A stretch of DNA of 64,000 nucleotides from Epiperipatus broadwayi. Its lineage: Eukaryota > Animalia > Onychophora. How positions within the stretch are numbered: the first letter of the stretch is position 1; every line of letters begins with the position of its first letter. The notes below the pieces were generated by a model that was not told the origin of the DNA, ran no database searches, and saw only the letters and a program-made list of their open reading frames with translations. The DNA lies in NCBI GenBank assembly GCA_028023455.1, contig JAQFVV010000006.1, forward strand, positions 2,356,001 to 2,420,000. Reading direction: 5' to 3'. The position numbers and the translations under genes are program-made. Shown here piece by piece: positions 25,200-37,000 of this stretch.

Positions 25200-25630
25200 T
25201 TTAATAAATGTGTTTTGCCAGTTTTTACTTATGGATCTAAGACTGGGACACTTAATAGAAGAGCAATACAGAGACTTCAAACCACTCAAAAAAGTATGGA
25301 GAGATGCATGTTGAGGGTTGAAAATGCAATGTATGAGTATGAGAACAAACAGGTGTTGCTGACCTCATTGAAAATATTAAAAGACTGGAGTGGAGTTGGG
25401 CTGGACATATTGCTAGAAGAGATGATAATAGATGGATAATTGAAATTTTAAACAGGATTCCAAGAGATTGTAAAAGACCCAGAAAGAGACCACATGTGAG
25501 ATGGATGGATGAAATAAGAAAGTGTGCAGGGGTGATGTGGAGAAGAGAAGCTAAAGATCAGAAAAGATGGATTGAACTTGGAGAGACCTTCATCCTGCAG
25601 TGGATTGCTAATGGTTGATGATGATGATGA
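25200..25630 (+). mobile_element. RTE LINE 3' fragment with (GAT)n tail
   Basis: ORF 25215 (TYGSKTGTLNRRAIQRLQTTQKSMERCML) is homologous to 33040-33663. Confidence 0.9.
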
Positions 25631-25977
25631 ATCCATACAATAATTTGTTCAAGTTTTAAAAGGTCAATTATTTCAAATGTATTAGCAGTTGCATAATATT
25701 CAATAAGAAAAAAGTTATTGTCATTATTAATGTTATTAATGATTTCAGTTTTAATTTTTTTTATATATTTGCAAAGTTGAAGTAATATTTCTAATAAATG
25801 CTTCAAATTTTTTTGAAAATATAATAAAGAATAAAAGTAAATTTCATCAAATAAAATGTCAGTTATTTAATCCAACTAAATGCTTAAAATAATCTTGATT
25901 TTATGATTGTATTTTGAAATTTCTTGTTACACTTTTCCTGAATTAGCCATCATATTATAAGTATGTCAAGTACTTTG

Positions 25978-26074
25978 TTTTTTTTTCCCATGTGTCATAG
26001 CATCAGCTGGGAAGCGAACCCACTAACCCAGGACAACTGCTTGTAAAGCAGCTGTCACTGACCTCTCGACCAGT
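25978..26074 (-). mobile_element. tRNA-Gly-derived SINE
   Basis: Reverse complement of the family consensus including B-box and gatgctatgaca end. Confidence 0.75.
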
Positions 26075-26324
26075 GCTTTGTTTTTGTAGTTTGATTTTAT
26101 ACAAACTGGAATGTATTTTTGGATAAGTTTTTTTAGATTTTTGATAAAATGTGTGATGTTATTATTTTATAAATAAAAATTGCTTTTTGTAATTATTATA
26201 TATATATATTCTCAGATGTATGCAATATATCCTGGATATATCTCAGTCATGCTTAAATATATGTAAACAAAGTTGGTTAATCAAATTAAACCTTAGCATG
26301 TAATTGAATTGAGAGTAAGTCATC

Positions 26325-26565
26325 CATATCAATGTAATGCTGTGATATAGTGATGGACTCTAGACCTGAAGATCTAGGGTTGTGGAACTACTTTGTCACT
26401 TCCGGTGCTGAAACATCTTATATCTTCTAAGCAGTAAATTGGTCGATTGTTAATGCATGGAGGAAAACCACTATCCGCCACATCATTATATCAATTTCAT
26501 TTTTGAATTGGTAGCATTAGATGGCACTGATGAGTCCCTATCTGCTATCATGACTTGGTAGTTGG
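26325..26565 (+). mobile_element. Decayed SINE-like element ending in a half-hammerhead (ctgatgagtccc)
   Basis: tRNA-like head (ggactctagacctgaagatctagggtt); CTGATGA gtccc at 26527-26538 without a GAAA partner. Confidence 0.3.
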
Positions 26566-26663
26566 TATTTTTAATGCATTATTTATAGGGATAACTATCT
26601 ATTAGTTCATTTACATCTTGTCTAGTGTTTGGTTGATCTGATTTTGTTATTTATATTCTATAT

Positions 26664-26858
26664 TATCATTATCATCATTTTCAATTATTATCCATCCACT
26701 GCAGAATGAAATTCAATCCATTTCCAATTTCTAGCCTCTCTTCTCCACATCACGTCAGTACCCTTTCTTATGTCATCAATCCATCTCACATGTGGTCTCT
26801 TTCTAGGTCTTTACAATCTCTTGGATCCAGTTACTGTCCATCTATTATCATCTTTTCT
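26664..26858 (-). mobile_element. RTE LINE extreme 3' fragment
   Basis: Same family as 33134-33790, degenerate (ATC)n tail. Confidence 0.85.
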
Positions 26859-27829
26859 ATCAATATTATATTTTATATGTTTGAGCATATATATATTTAA
26901 ACTATTATGGTTTGTGTTTTTTGTTATATTTATAAAAATTAAAAGGTTGCAATAATTTTTGGAAAAGGGTCATATTTTATTTTTACATTGTCTGTGAACT
27001 GTACATTAGCTTTTTATACAACCTAATTGATTAATTGTTACCAGCGGTAGCTCCATAAAACAAATTAAATCGAGCATATATATATATGTCTTTGTCGTTT
27101 CTTTGGAACACAGTTTACTAAAGTTTTGTTTTGCATTATTTACTTGATTAATGGTTCCTAGAACAGCAGATCCAAAGCAAAAACATATGTCAGCTCTTAA
27201 AAAATTATCTTTATTTATTTTTTTACTTTTTTGAAAAAGATAAAATAAAACATTTTTGTTTGTAAATAAGTTATCTTAATCAGAAGAAAAAATATTTTTA
27301 AATAGTTTATTTAAAAAATATATTACAGGTAAAATATCTACTATCCAAAAACTTATGTTAACGCAACCATATTTAGAAGATTATCCTTCTCCAATAAATA
27401 AATTTGCACCCACATTCAGAAACATAAAAAAAAATGTTTCTAAATAACTAAATTAACATTGATTTTGAAAGTTTTATATTGTCATTAATACAATAAAATT
27501 TGTACACTATAGATAATAAAATTAATATTTATTTACATATTTATCAAAGTTTGGATTTATAATGAGGAGATAAAAATGTACTCTTGAAATGTGAAATAAT
27601 CTACAAATCTGAAAAAAATCATAGTATCCGGGACTTTGAATTAATAATGACTTGCCCATATATAGAAATATATAGGCATGAATTATTATAACTAGGGTGA
27701 CTGTTTTATGAGATCAAAAACGGGATATTTAGATTCCAAAAACGGGACTAAATAAGACCGTATATTACGTCAAGAAAAAAAAAAAAATGTTTATTCGTAC
27801 CATTGTTAACAATGTTGAGACGTAGAGGA

Positions 27830-29777
27830 AAATGTTTCAGAGTTGTACCAAGAATATTTTTCTGACTATCTAACCTTTTATAGCAAATTTTTATTTTTTT
27901 ATAATTTTCTCATAAAATTTGTCACACTGGATAGAATAATTTTCTTTAACAATTAGAATTGCCTTCATTACGTCAACACAGTCTTGATTTTTCACTTGTC
28001 CTTTGACTCTTCATAACAGAAAATATCCTATCAACAGTTGTTGTTTATCAAGGAATTCAAAGAATAAATTCAACATTTTGAAAAGATTGGGAGTCCAACT
28101 GCTTTCCCCTAATTTCAGTAAAAATCTGTGTCCATATTCCAAAAACAGAAATATTTTCTTTATTCCAATTATTTAACTCTCTTTCAATTATACTTTTTAT
28201 GATAACTCACTTATCAAATAAGTAAGTCTCTTCCATGTTTATATGTTTTATTAATTTTTCACTTATGCTGTTTCGTATTTCTTTCCTTTCAGGTATATAC
28301 TTTAGTAATACCCATTCAAATTTGCCATTATCTCCTAAATTGTATTTCCACTATTCGTATACTTTAAACTTGTATCATAAAAATTGTTAACTATTTCAAA
28401 AAATTTCAACTCTATAATTTCACCCAAATCTACTAATGTTCTTAACTGCGACTTGATATCAAGAGTTATAATTTTTTCATTTTTTTTTTTTTTTTGGCAT
28501 TTAAATTATTTACAAGATTTAATGTAAGTTTGAAACATAGATAATTGATCTCTTGCAAATGATAACCACAATTTTAAACATGAGTTTTGAAATAATTTTT
28601 GCAGCATAACTGGACGTTTTTGTTTTAAATTGGAAGTAAGAACAAAGTCCGTCAAACATGCTTATAATTCACTCTATTGAAGGGCCCAAAGACAAAAATC
28701 TGGTGTTCCCATGTTCCAATAATTTAAGATAACTATTTCCTGCAAAGTCACAAAAGTTCTTTAGTTCTTCAGTTCATACTGTGTATACTTGAAAAAAATT
28801 GTATATTTTTACTGTGAAAGATTTTATATAGAATGGTAAACAATCAACCACAACTTGGAGACAATTATGTACAATATATGTCCCACAACCAATACCGATA
28901 ATAGATCTATCCAACTCATTTTCCAATTTTCTCCATACATTATTTTTTATCAATCTATTGCAACCATCAAAGTTGGTGTTTGTATTATCTGCACACAAAG
29001 CAGCAATCTTGCCCCTCAAGGCAAATTTGTCACACACCCTCTTCAACATAGCACACTGCAGGTCTTCACCAAGCAAAGAAATAAAGTCAATAATTTTGTT
29101 CAGAGCACCAGAATTTGCTAAAAAATAATGTACAACAACTGGAAAAAAATTTTAAATCTTTTTTTTATTTGAAGCATCGACACATGTTATAATGCTTTTT
29201 GTTTTGTTCAAATCTTTTCTTACTGTTAAGCGTTGTTAGCTGAGAGATCATCGCAGCCGCCTTGCAAGCAAGTAGTTGGTTGCAGACGGTTGTGGGTTCG
29301 CTTCCCGGCCGATGCTATGACATATGAGAAAAAAAAAATCTTCTCTTACTTCATTCAATATGTATGGTGCCAAAACATTTATAAGTATTACTTCTGATGT
29401 GGTGCTAGCTGAAACACTTTCCATTCATAAATTTTTTTTATGAGGGTTGACAAGCAGTCATTTGTATGAAAACTTTGGCCATGATGTACAATATGAAAAG
29501 CAAATAGAGCTTTGGATGCTGCAATTTTATCAGTATCAGTTGTTACCATAAATGAGGTGATATTTTTAGATGAAGTTATTGTTTTTGCAGTAATTTTATG
29601 TTTCTGACTCCATAAATGTCAGTTGATGTCGCTTCTGCCTCAATTAGAAATGGAGAAATGAACATTACAATGTGAACATTCTACTTTTGTTCCATCACTA
29701 TACAATTTATTCTATTTAATAAAGGGAAATTCTTTTTGGAGATCGTCATTGAAACTGCTTAATCGTCTTTTGGACAT
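27830..29777 (-). pseudogene. hAT transposase pseudogene (ZNF862-like), N-terminal BED-like finger
   Basis: MSKRRLSSFNDDLQKEFPFIK...CSHCNVHFSIS..GRSDI..H..S.KH; ADNTNTNFDG and GIGCGTYIVHN motifs in ORF 28774-29076; many stops. Confidence 0.8.
29224..29338 (+). mobile_element. tRNA-Gly-derived SINE nested in the hAT transposase
   Basis: Family consensus with B-box gggttcgcttccc and poly(A). Confidence 0.8.
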
Positions 29778-30506
29778 TATGGAGTTAAAAAACTTTTCTG
29801 AACAATAGTAATAATACACTACAAACACAATACACTACTCCTTCACTCTCACTGAGGCAAAGCATCATATGTTAATTGTAATTTTCTGACTCTGGGCATT
29901 TTACGAAATACATAATATGCATTTATAACATTACTTCATTATATTTTATAGTTAAAAATAATTGTGTTAAATTATATATAGCAAAAATATCTTGATTTTA
30001 TTTTAAAATGGGACAAAACTGTTCTTTTTATCAAAACGACATGATGATAAAAAAACAACGATCCTGTTCAAAAGGGAACGTATGATCATCCTAATTATAA
30101 CATAATGGCTCAGGGAAATTTTAAGGATGCTCCTACAGTTCTGAAAATATGGCCAATAATTATTGAAAAGGAACATTTTTGAAAATATATTTTATCATTA
30201 AGGGGAGGTAAAATACTATTTTTGAAATCTGAAAAATTCCCAAATCCGAGCCAACTCACATAATCCGAGATTTTGGCTTAATGATAATTTATCTATATAA
30301 AGAAATATATAGATATTGACCCATATTATCCTAATATAAAGACTCTGGATTTGTTTTTTAAGAATGCCCCTATAATTATCGAAATATTGTATGGAAGGGT
30401 TTTAGGAAATGTGTTTACTTTTACTTACTAACACATCTGAGATTTGGACTTTTTATAGATGAACAAAGGTTTAAGAATACATAATGAAGTTTGGAGGTCT
30501 TTTTTT

Positions 30507-30828
30507 TTTTTGGAGTAACTGGGAAAAGATTGCAAACAAAACACATGATGAGAAAGTAAACAAGTAGCATTGACTCCATTCGAAGAATTAAGATGGTAAA
30601 ACGTAATTTGGGCTGGGCGTGTTACTAGAGCAAATGGCAATAAACGAGCAGATTGAATCTTAAATTGAATACCAAAAGCTTTTAAAAGACCTGGAAAAAG
30701 ACTATATGTAAAACAGATGTATGTAAAAGGGAAGTTTAAGAAATTATAAAACAAACTGAATTAATCTTCATGAGATTTGGTCCTGTAGAGAACTGATATG
30801 GCTTTGATGATGATGATGATGATAATGA
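30507..30828 (+). mobile_element. RTE LINE 3' fragment, second lineage
   Basis: Decayed WAG.V.R..GNK..ILNWIP..KRPGKR-type frame and (GAT)n tail. Confidence 0.7.
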
Positions 30829-31504
30829 TTGCTTTTATTTGGTTGATTTTTCTGAATATGAGCAAGAGTTATGATTAGATAAGATGTTAAAAGGTGTCAT
30901 TTCATAATATGAGTAAGTGGACTTTAGGCATAACATTAACATATGGACAATTTTGTAGTTTCTGGATTTGTTTATATAATCATCAGAAACTTATCTTTAT
31001 CTGTCTTTTTTTTTTTCTAAAATTAGAATGGCTGTGCTAATCTATGGTGCTACTAATTAGAAAAGTCAAATTTTTTTAATACCAATTCCCAAAATAGAAG
31101 GCTAACAAAACCGAAGGTAATTATAGAGATGTACTTTACCTTCCGTCATGAAAAAAAACAAAACATTTTTGGAGTCCATTTAAAAGTTGTGTATTTAACT
31201 AGTAAAAGAAAATGAATGTCTCAAGGCAGTTGTCTAGTTAATGTAAACATATTAAAATTGGATTATGTATTTATGGTTTATTTCTCCAGAATTCGTAAGA
31301 GTTCAAACACCAGAAATGGTAAATCGTGGCAGAAGTCCCTAGACTTTGAGCTCCAGAGTCTCTCACTCTACGAAACTATGCAACGCGTTAATTATATTTA
31401 TGATATTAGATTGGTTGAAAATGGCTCTGGATGTTTAGAGAATTTATAATGTAATCAGACTGTTTTTATTTAGAATTGGAGAAAATAACATCTTAGAATT
31501 TATG

Positions 31505-31600
31505 TTTTTTTTTCCATATGTCATAGCATCGGCCGGGAGGTAAACCCGCAACAACCGTCTGCAACCAAGGTGGCTGCGCTGACCTCTCGGCTGTTGTTGT
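31505..31600 (-). mobile_element. tRNA-Gly-derived SINE
   Basis: Reverse complement of the family consensus. Confidence 0.75.
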
Positions 31601-32039
31601 TTAAAAAGGAACAAGATGTGAATGAATACTTTCTCCAATCTGTTTCAATTTATATACAGAAAAAGAAAATGTTTACCGCTTAAGAGAATGAAAAAAATAA
31701 TTTGAACTGTGGAGTGGTAAAATGGCCAATTCTAACGCTTAAAGCCACTTACTGCTATTGGCTCTGTTTCTTCTGGTGCTTACATTTTTTGTGTTCTCCT
31801 GAACAATAAAATTATTCTATTATTTATTTACAAAGGATGAAGATTTGACTACTGTAGCTATGTAAAAAACCAAAGTCCGTAAAAAATTTAGAATTGTCTA
31901 CTCGAAGTAGAAAAAATAATGATCTTTTTTATGATCTTCTTTAGAAATAAAACAAAGCCAACAACAGCAACCACTTATAAATGAGGATGACCATTTCATC
32001 TGTGAATCATAAATATTTTCATGTATAGAACATGTCAGT

Positions 32040-32700
32040 CCATTCTGTTTATTTAATGTTTTATGATGCGGTCTTTAAACTCTTCTACTGAAATGTTTTT
32101 CCCTGTGATATTTTAGCTCTGTGACTATTTGCAGTTCTCCGATGTATTCTATCCTTAGCTATTTCTTCTCGATGAAAATAATGATCACACTTTTTTAGAA
32201 TGTCTCTGACTTTGAGATAATCTGTAAGATGTTAGATTTACCTCTCTTACAAAAACCAAACTCAAAATTGCCATAAACGACCTGTTTTAGCAAGTCTTGT
32301 ATTGGTCATCCATTTCAAATTACCAGTCCAACGAAGATGCCATTTTACATAAATGTACTCTATAGCATCATATCTAAAAAATTGAAGAACATATTGATTT
32401 GTTTTATAATATTGTAACTGTATTATTAAAATTTTGAAGAGGATCCTTAAATGAAACTTTTCCAATGCTCTTATGTTACATCTGTAAGATGTCAAAGACT
32501 CACTTTTCTATAATAAATTAGATGAAATAATAGTTCTATATATAGTTAATTTAGTTTCTGCAGTTGTTTCACTGTGATGAAACGTTCTATCTCATAACTT
32601 GTTAAAAGTAGCAGCAGCATGTTGGAATCTGTGCTGCACTTCAACATTTAACTCCACCTTTCTACTTTAATTTGAGTCCAAAGTAAAAACAAAATATCAT
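32040..32700 (-). mobile_element. RTE-BovB-like LINE RT C-terminal fragment
   Basis: AAATFNKL.DR.F...ETKLTIYRTII..LL..SESLTSYRCNIRALEKFHLRILFKIL...WHLRWTG. Confidence 0.75.
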
Positions 32701-33133
32701 CTTGGATTTTAAATTTATAGTATGCTGACAATTGTGCAATTTTTGCTTGTTCAAAAGATGATTTATAGAATATACTTAATATTTTGAATGCAACATAGAA
32801 TGACTGTGGTTTAATAATTAATATTCAAACAAATCAAGTTTTTTTATTATTCCATGATGAAGAAAAATGATCAGCAACTTTTAACTCGGATGGTTGAAAA
32901 CTTAAGAATGTAAATGAATTTAAGTATTTTTGTTAACATCATAAGCAGAAACATGGGCTTAGAAGTTAAGGTACAACACAATATCAGTCTTCTACTGTTT
33001 CTAATAAATAAAAGATAAGTATTTTATCTTAAGTTAATTCTATATAGAACAATTTTTTCTTATTGCATGTAACTGAGATTTGGATATTTTATTGACATTT
33101 AAATACACACACACACATATATATATATATATA

Positions 33134-33790
33134 TCATTATCAATCCACTGCAGGATGAAGGTCTCTCCAAGTTTAATCCATCTTCTCCGATCTTTAGCTT
33201 CTCTTCTCCACAACACCCCTGCACATTTTCTTATTTCATCCATCCATCTCACATGTGGTCTTTTTCTGGGTCTTTTACAATCTCTTGGAATCCAGTTTAA
33301 AATTTCAATTGTCCATTTATTATCATCTCTTCTAGCAATATGTCCAGCCCAACTCCATTTCAATCTTTTAATTTTTTCAATAAGGTCAGTAACACCTGTT
33401 TGTTGTCTTACCCATACATTGCGTTTTCGATCTCTTCTTGTTACTCCCAACATACATCTCTCCATACTCCTTTGAGTGGTCTGAAGTCTCTGTATTGCTC
33501 TTCTATTAAGTGTCCAAGTCTCAGATCCATAAGTAAGAACGTGTAAAACACATTTGTTAAAAACCATCTTTTTCAAACACATAGGCATATTTCCTTTTAG
33601 TATCAAGTTATTTTTACCAAAAGCACTCCAACCAAGTTTAATTCTATGATTAATTTCATCCATTATGTTTCCATATGTATTAATAATCTGTTAACTTCTT
33701 CTAACTCATCATAATCAATCTTTATTTTCATATTTTGAGCAAATCGATTAAACACATTACTTTAGTCTTTTTAACATTTATCTTTAGTCT
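33134..33790 (-). mobile_element. RTE LINE RT C-terminal fragment (207-aa open frame 33040-33663)
   Basis: EINHRIKLGWSAFGK...LTYGSETWTL...LKWSWAGHIARRDDNKWT; upstream KINVKKTKVM motif. Confidence 0.95.
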
Positions 33791-33797
33791 TATATAT

Positions 33798-34090
33798 TGT
33801 AACCGTAAAAACAGGCCGAACACGTTGCGGCACTCTAAATTGTAACCGTTGATTGTGTGGTCCCAATTACGTAACACAAGTGCGCTAAGAATCTTAACTT
33901 CTATCACTGATCAATTCCCGCTGCACATTATCAGCTATTAAGAGCTGTAACCACAAGCATATCGTGCTATCTATTTAATGCACCAAAGACCACAATCAAC
34001 ATCTGGAGCAACTTACCACAGATCAAACCCATGATCTAACCTAAACTTTTATGACTTCATTTGATCGCAGCCAGGGTGTACCGCGAAGAC
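33798..34090. mobile_element. Possible solo LTR or other young insertion truncating the RTE
   Basis: Starts TGTAAC, CpG-intact non-coding; no clean CA end plus TSD found. Confidence 0.2.
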
Positions 34091-37000
34091 ATATCATAGT
34101 AGTATGATAAAACACATTAAACAAATTATAAGTGCAATTTTATTATTTTCAAACCTTAATTTGCAAATTTTATTGTATGCGACCCGATGGCCGACCATGT
34201 ACAAGATGGCATAATTTGTGGAATTACATAAGATTATGAAATTTTAAATCATCTATATGATTTCTAATACAAATGCTAGTCCAGGTAAAGCTTTGCAATA
34301 AATAAATATAAATACTTGGGTTCTTTTTATTTTTATAATTTACTATATCACTGAGACTCTTATTATACTGACAAATGACAATTTAAAAACGTTAAGTAAA
34401 TATATTCAATCTTGTCATTATTTGGTAAATCTGTTTACAAGTTTAATAATTAATTTGTATTGTATACTAGAATCAACTACGCAAAGCCAAAATGATGGAA
34501 AAGGTAAATGGGATTTTATTGTACCTTACACATCATAAACTACCAAAGACGAGAAGCATCTAAATGTTTTCTCAAAATATTAATAAACTATTATATCATG
34601 TTGACGATAGTATGTACTTCAATGTATGCTCTATTCCAATGTTTATGATTTCTGATTTCATAAATGAATGAATGACTGAATGACACATAGCAACGGCACA
34701 GTAAGTTTAATTAAAATCAACTTTTATTTACAAAATGATTAATAATAAGTAATTAATTCCCAACGTAATAATTAAATAAATAAATAAACAAATAAGATAA
34801 ATAACTTAAAATTCCATCAACTTTCTTCAAGAACATGTTATAGGTACAGTTTTAAAATCTAATCATACCTTATTTCAAATTTTTATGTAGTGAATGTATT
34901 GAGAAAATTATACTAAATTCAATATCAATTCATGAGATATTCAACGTCATTTCCAGATTCAATAAATCCCTACCGTAAACTTAGAATAATATAATAAATA
35001 ATATTATATCTGTAAGCTTTAGCTATAATGTAATCATTAAGTAAAATAAAAATTTAAACTTACATCCCGGTAAATAATAATTAACCAACAGTTAATTATT
35101 TTGACGTAACTTGATTAGAATGTCCTGCTACCATTTGATGATTTAACTTATCAATTATACTGATAAATGAAAGAAGATGATTTAGCAGATCAACTAAAAT
35201 CTTTTGCCCAACTTAGATCTATGAAGTAAACATATTCCTGTGGATGTATTCATCTACACGAAGGAATTAAATAACACTAAACGTTTTGTGGATTTATACC
35301 ATCATAACGCAATAAGTACAAATACACCATTCCGCGGATTAACCACCAGCGCAGGAATGAGTATAAAATACCAAAATTGGCAATTAAATAATCTGCGGAT
35401 TAACCACCAGCACAGATTAATGCCCTTTAACATTATAAAAAAACAACATTACCATTTACTTCACATTAAAGTGCCAAATCATCATCCTCAGTTATTCTGA
35501 CTATTCAGAAAACACTAACACTTTAGCAAATATGGGTTCTTGTATAATAAAATGCTAAGCTAATCAGGACGACTAATGTACTAACTTCTCTTACTTAAAC
35601 TAAAAAATGTGTAATATAATATAAGTAATAGTATTATATAGGAATACAAATCTGGAAAGATTAACAAAATACCTCATAAAGATTTATACATCTCATGAAT
35701 ACACTTAGTATTTTTCAAGCTGTTTCGCGAGCGCTATTCTCTTGAATAAATATTTTATTCAACCCTTATTGATTTAAACGTAATAAAATATACTTAGGAA
35801 CTTCACATGCAAGTTCCGATAACGATAAACGTAAAGTAATGCATTATGCATCTAACATAAAATTTAACAGGTGTGTGTGTGATATAAATTAAATGTAAAG
35901 CATTTTACAGTTCAATACATGAATTATAACAGGTGTGTATGTCACAACTTGGATTGTATAACGTTTTATAACTCCGAATATGATCCGTGGGATCCATGTA
36001 CGTTATGTCGAACAATAAATCTATGAAGCAATAATTATAACTATAATTTAATTCCATACATGCAATTTTATCCGTTGTATTGGTTATTATAATCAATATT
36101 TGATGAACAATTTTACGTGGCTCCTAAGACATGACACAACTTCAAAATATGAAACGCAGAATTTAAATGAAAATGTTTTTCATTAAGTTATTAATCTCTA
36201 CATTTCTCTATTAAAATGTTCCAATTTTATTACATCCATGCGAATATTTATCCATCCACGCTTAAATATAGGAATATTAATTATAGCACTTAATTCAATC
36301 ATTCCAAATTGACGATAAAATTAGAAATAGCTTTGATTAATTATTTGAAGATTATTTATTATCCAAATGTTAAACAAATTGATTAGCAAATATATTACTG
36401 GCATTGTAGAATTAAATATCAATCAATACTATATTTTTATTAGAATTAGAAACGGAAATATTTAAATATGTTGATAACTTTAACATTTTACTTTAATTTA
36501 GACTTCTTTTTATTTAAAAAGCAAATTTTCATATTCATAACTTCTGTAATTAAAATACTTTTAAATGTTTACAAATTGTAAAATAATAAATATTTCAAAA
36601 CATACCAAACTTGCAATCAATTCTTTTAAAATAGGAAGCTCCGACATTTCAAAATGTAATATTGGAAAATTCTTACTATTGGCGATTCGATCCACTTGGC
36701 CAGCCGACTTGAACAGACTTTTTTAATTTAGCAAGGCATCTTCTAATTAAATACTACTATGTTATTTACGTTTATAGCAAACTTTGTGGTAGTCCGATTA
36801 CTTATTTTTTTACTTTAAAATAAGCTTGGCAAATTTACACTGCTTGCCTTTACCATTTTCTTTTCATTCTCCCTCCAAAAGCAAACTATCAGACAATCGT
36901 CTCTTAAATTCGCGCTCTTTTCTTTTTACATTGAGACGCATACGTAATTACTGTATTTATTTTTAATGATTAATATTTAATTGAACAAATAGTTTTTTAA

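Larger units (their letters stand above)
27693..30093 (-). mobile_element. Full-length decayed hAT DNA transposon
   Basis: Perfect 8-bp TSD ATTATAAC (27685-27692, 30094-30101); imperfect TIR tagggtgac / taggatgat; subterminal aaaacgggac-type repeats. Confidence 0.9.

Noticed and set aside
30959-30986. Minus-strand CTGATGA...GAAA at suitable spacing
   Set aside because: The intervening sequence forms no closing stem II
36670-36860. Minus-strand ATG|gtaaag and a possible exon RCLAKLKKSVQVGWPSGSNRQ
   Set aside because: Splice phases could not be joined into an open frame
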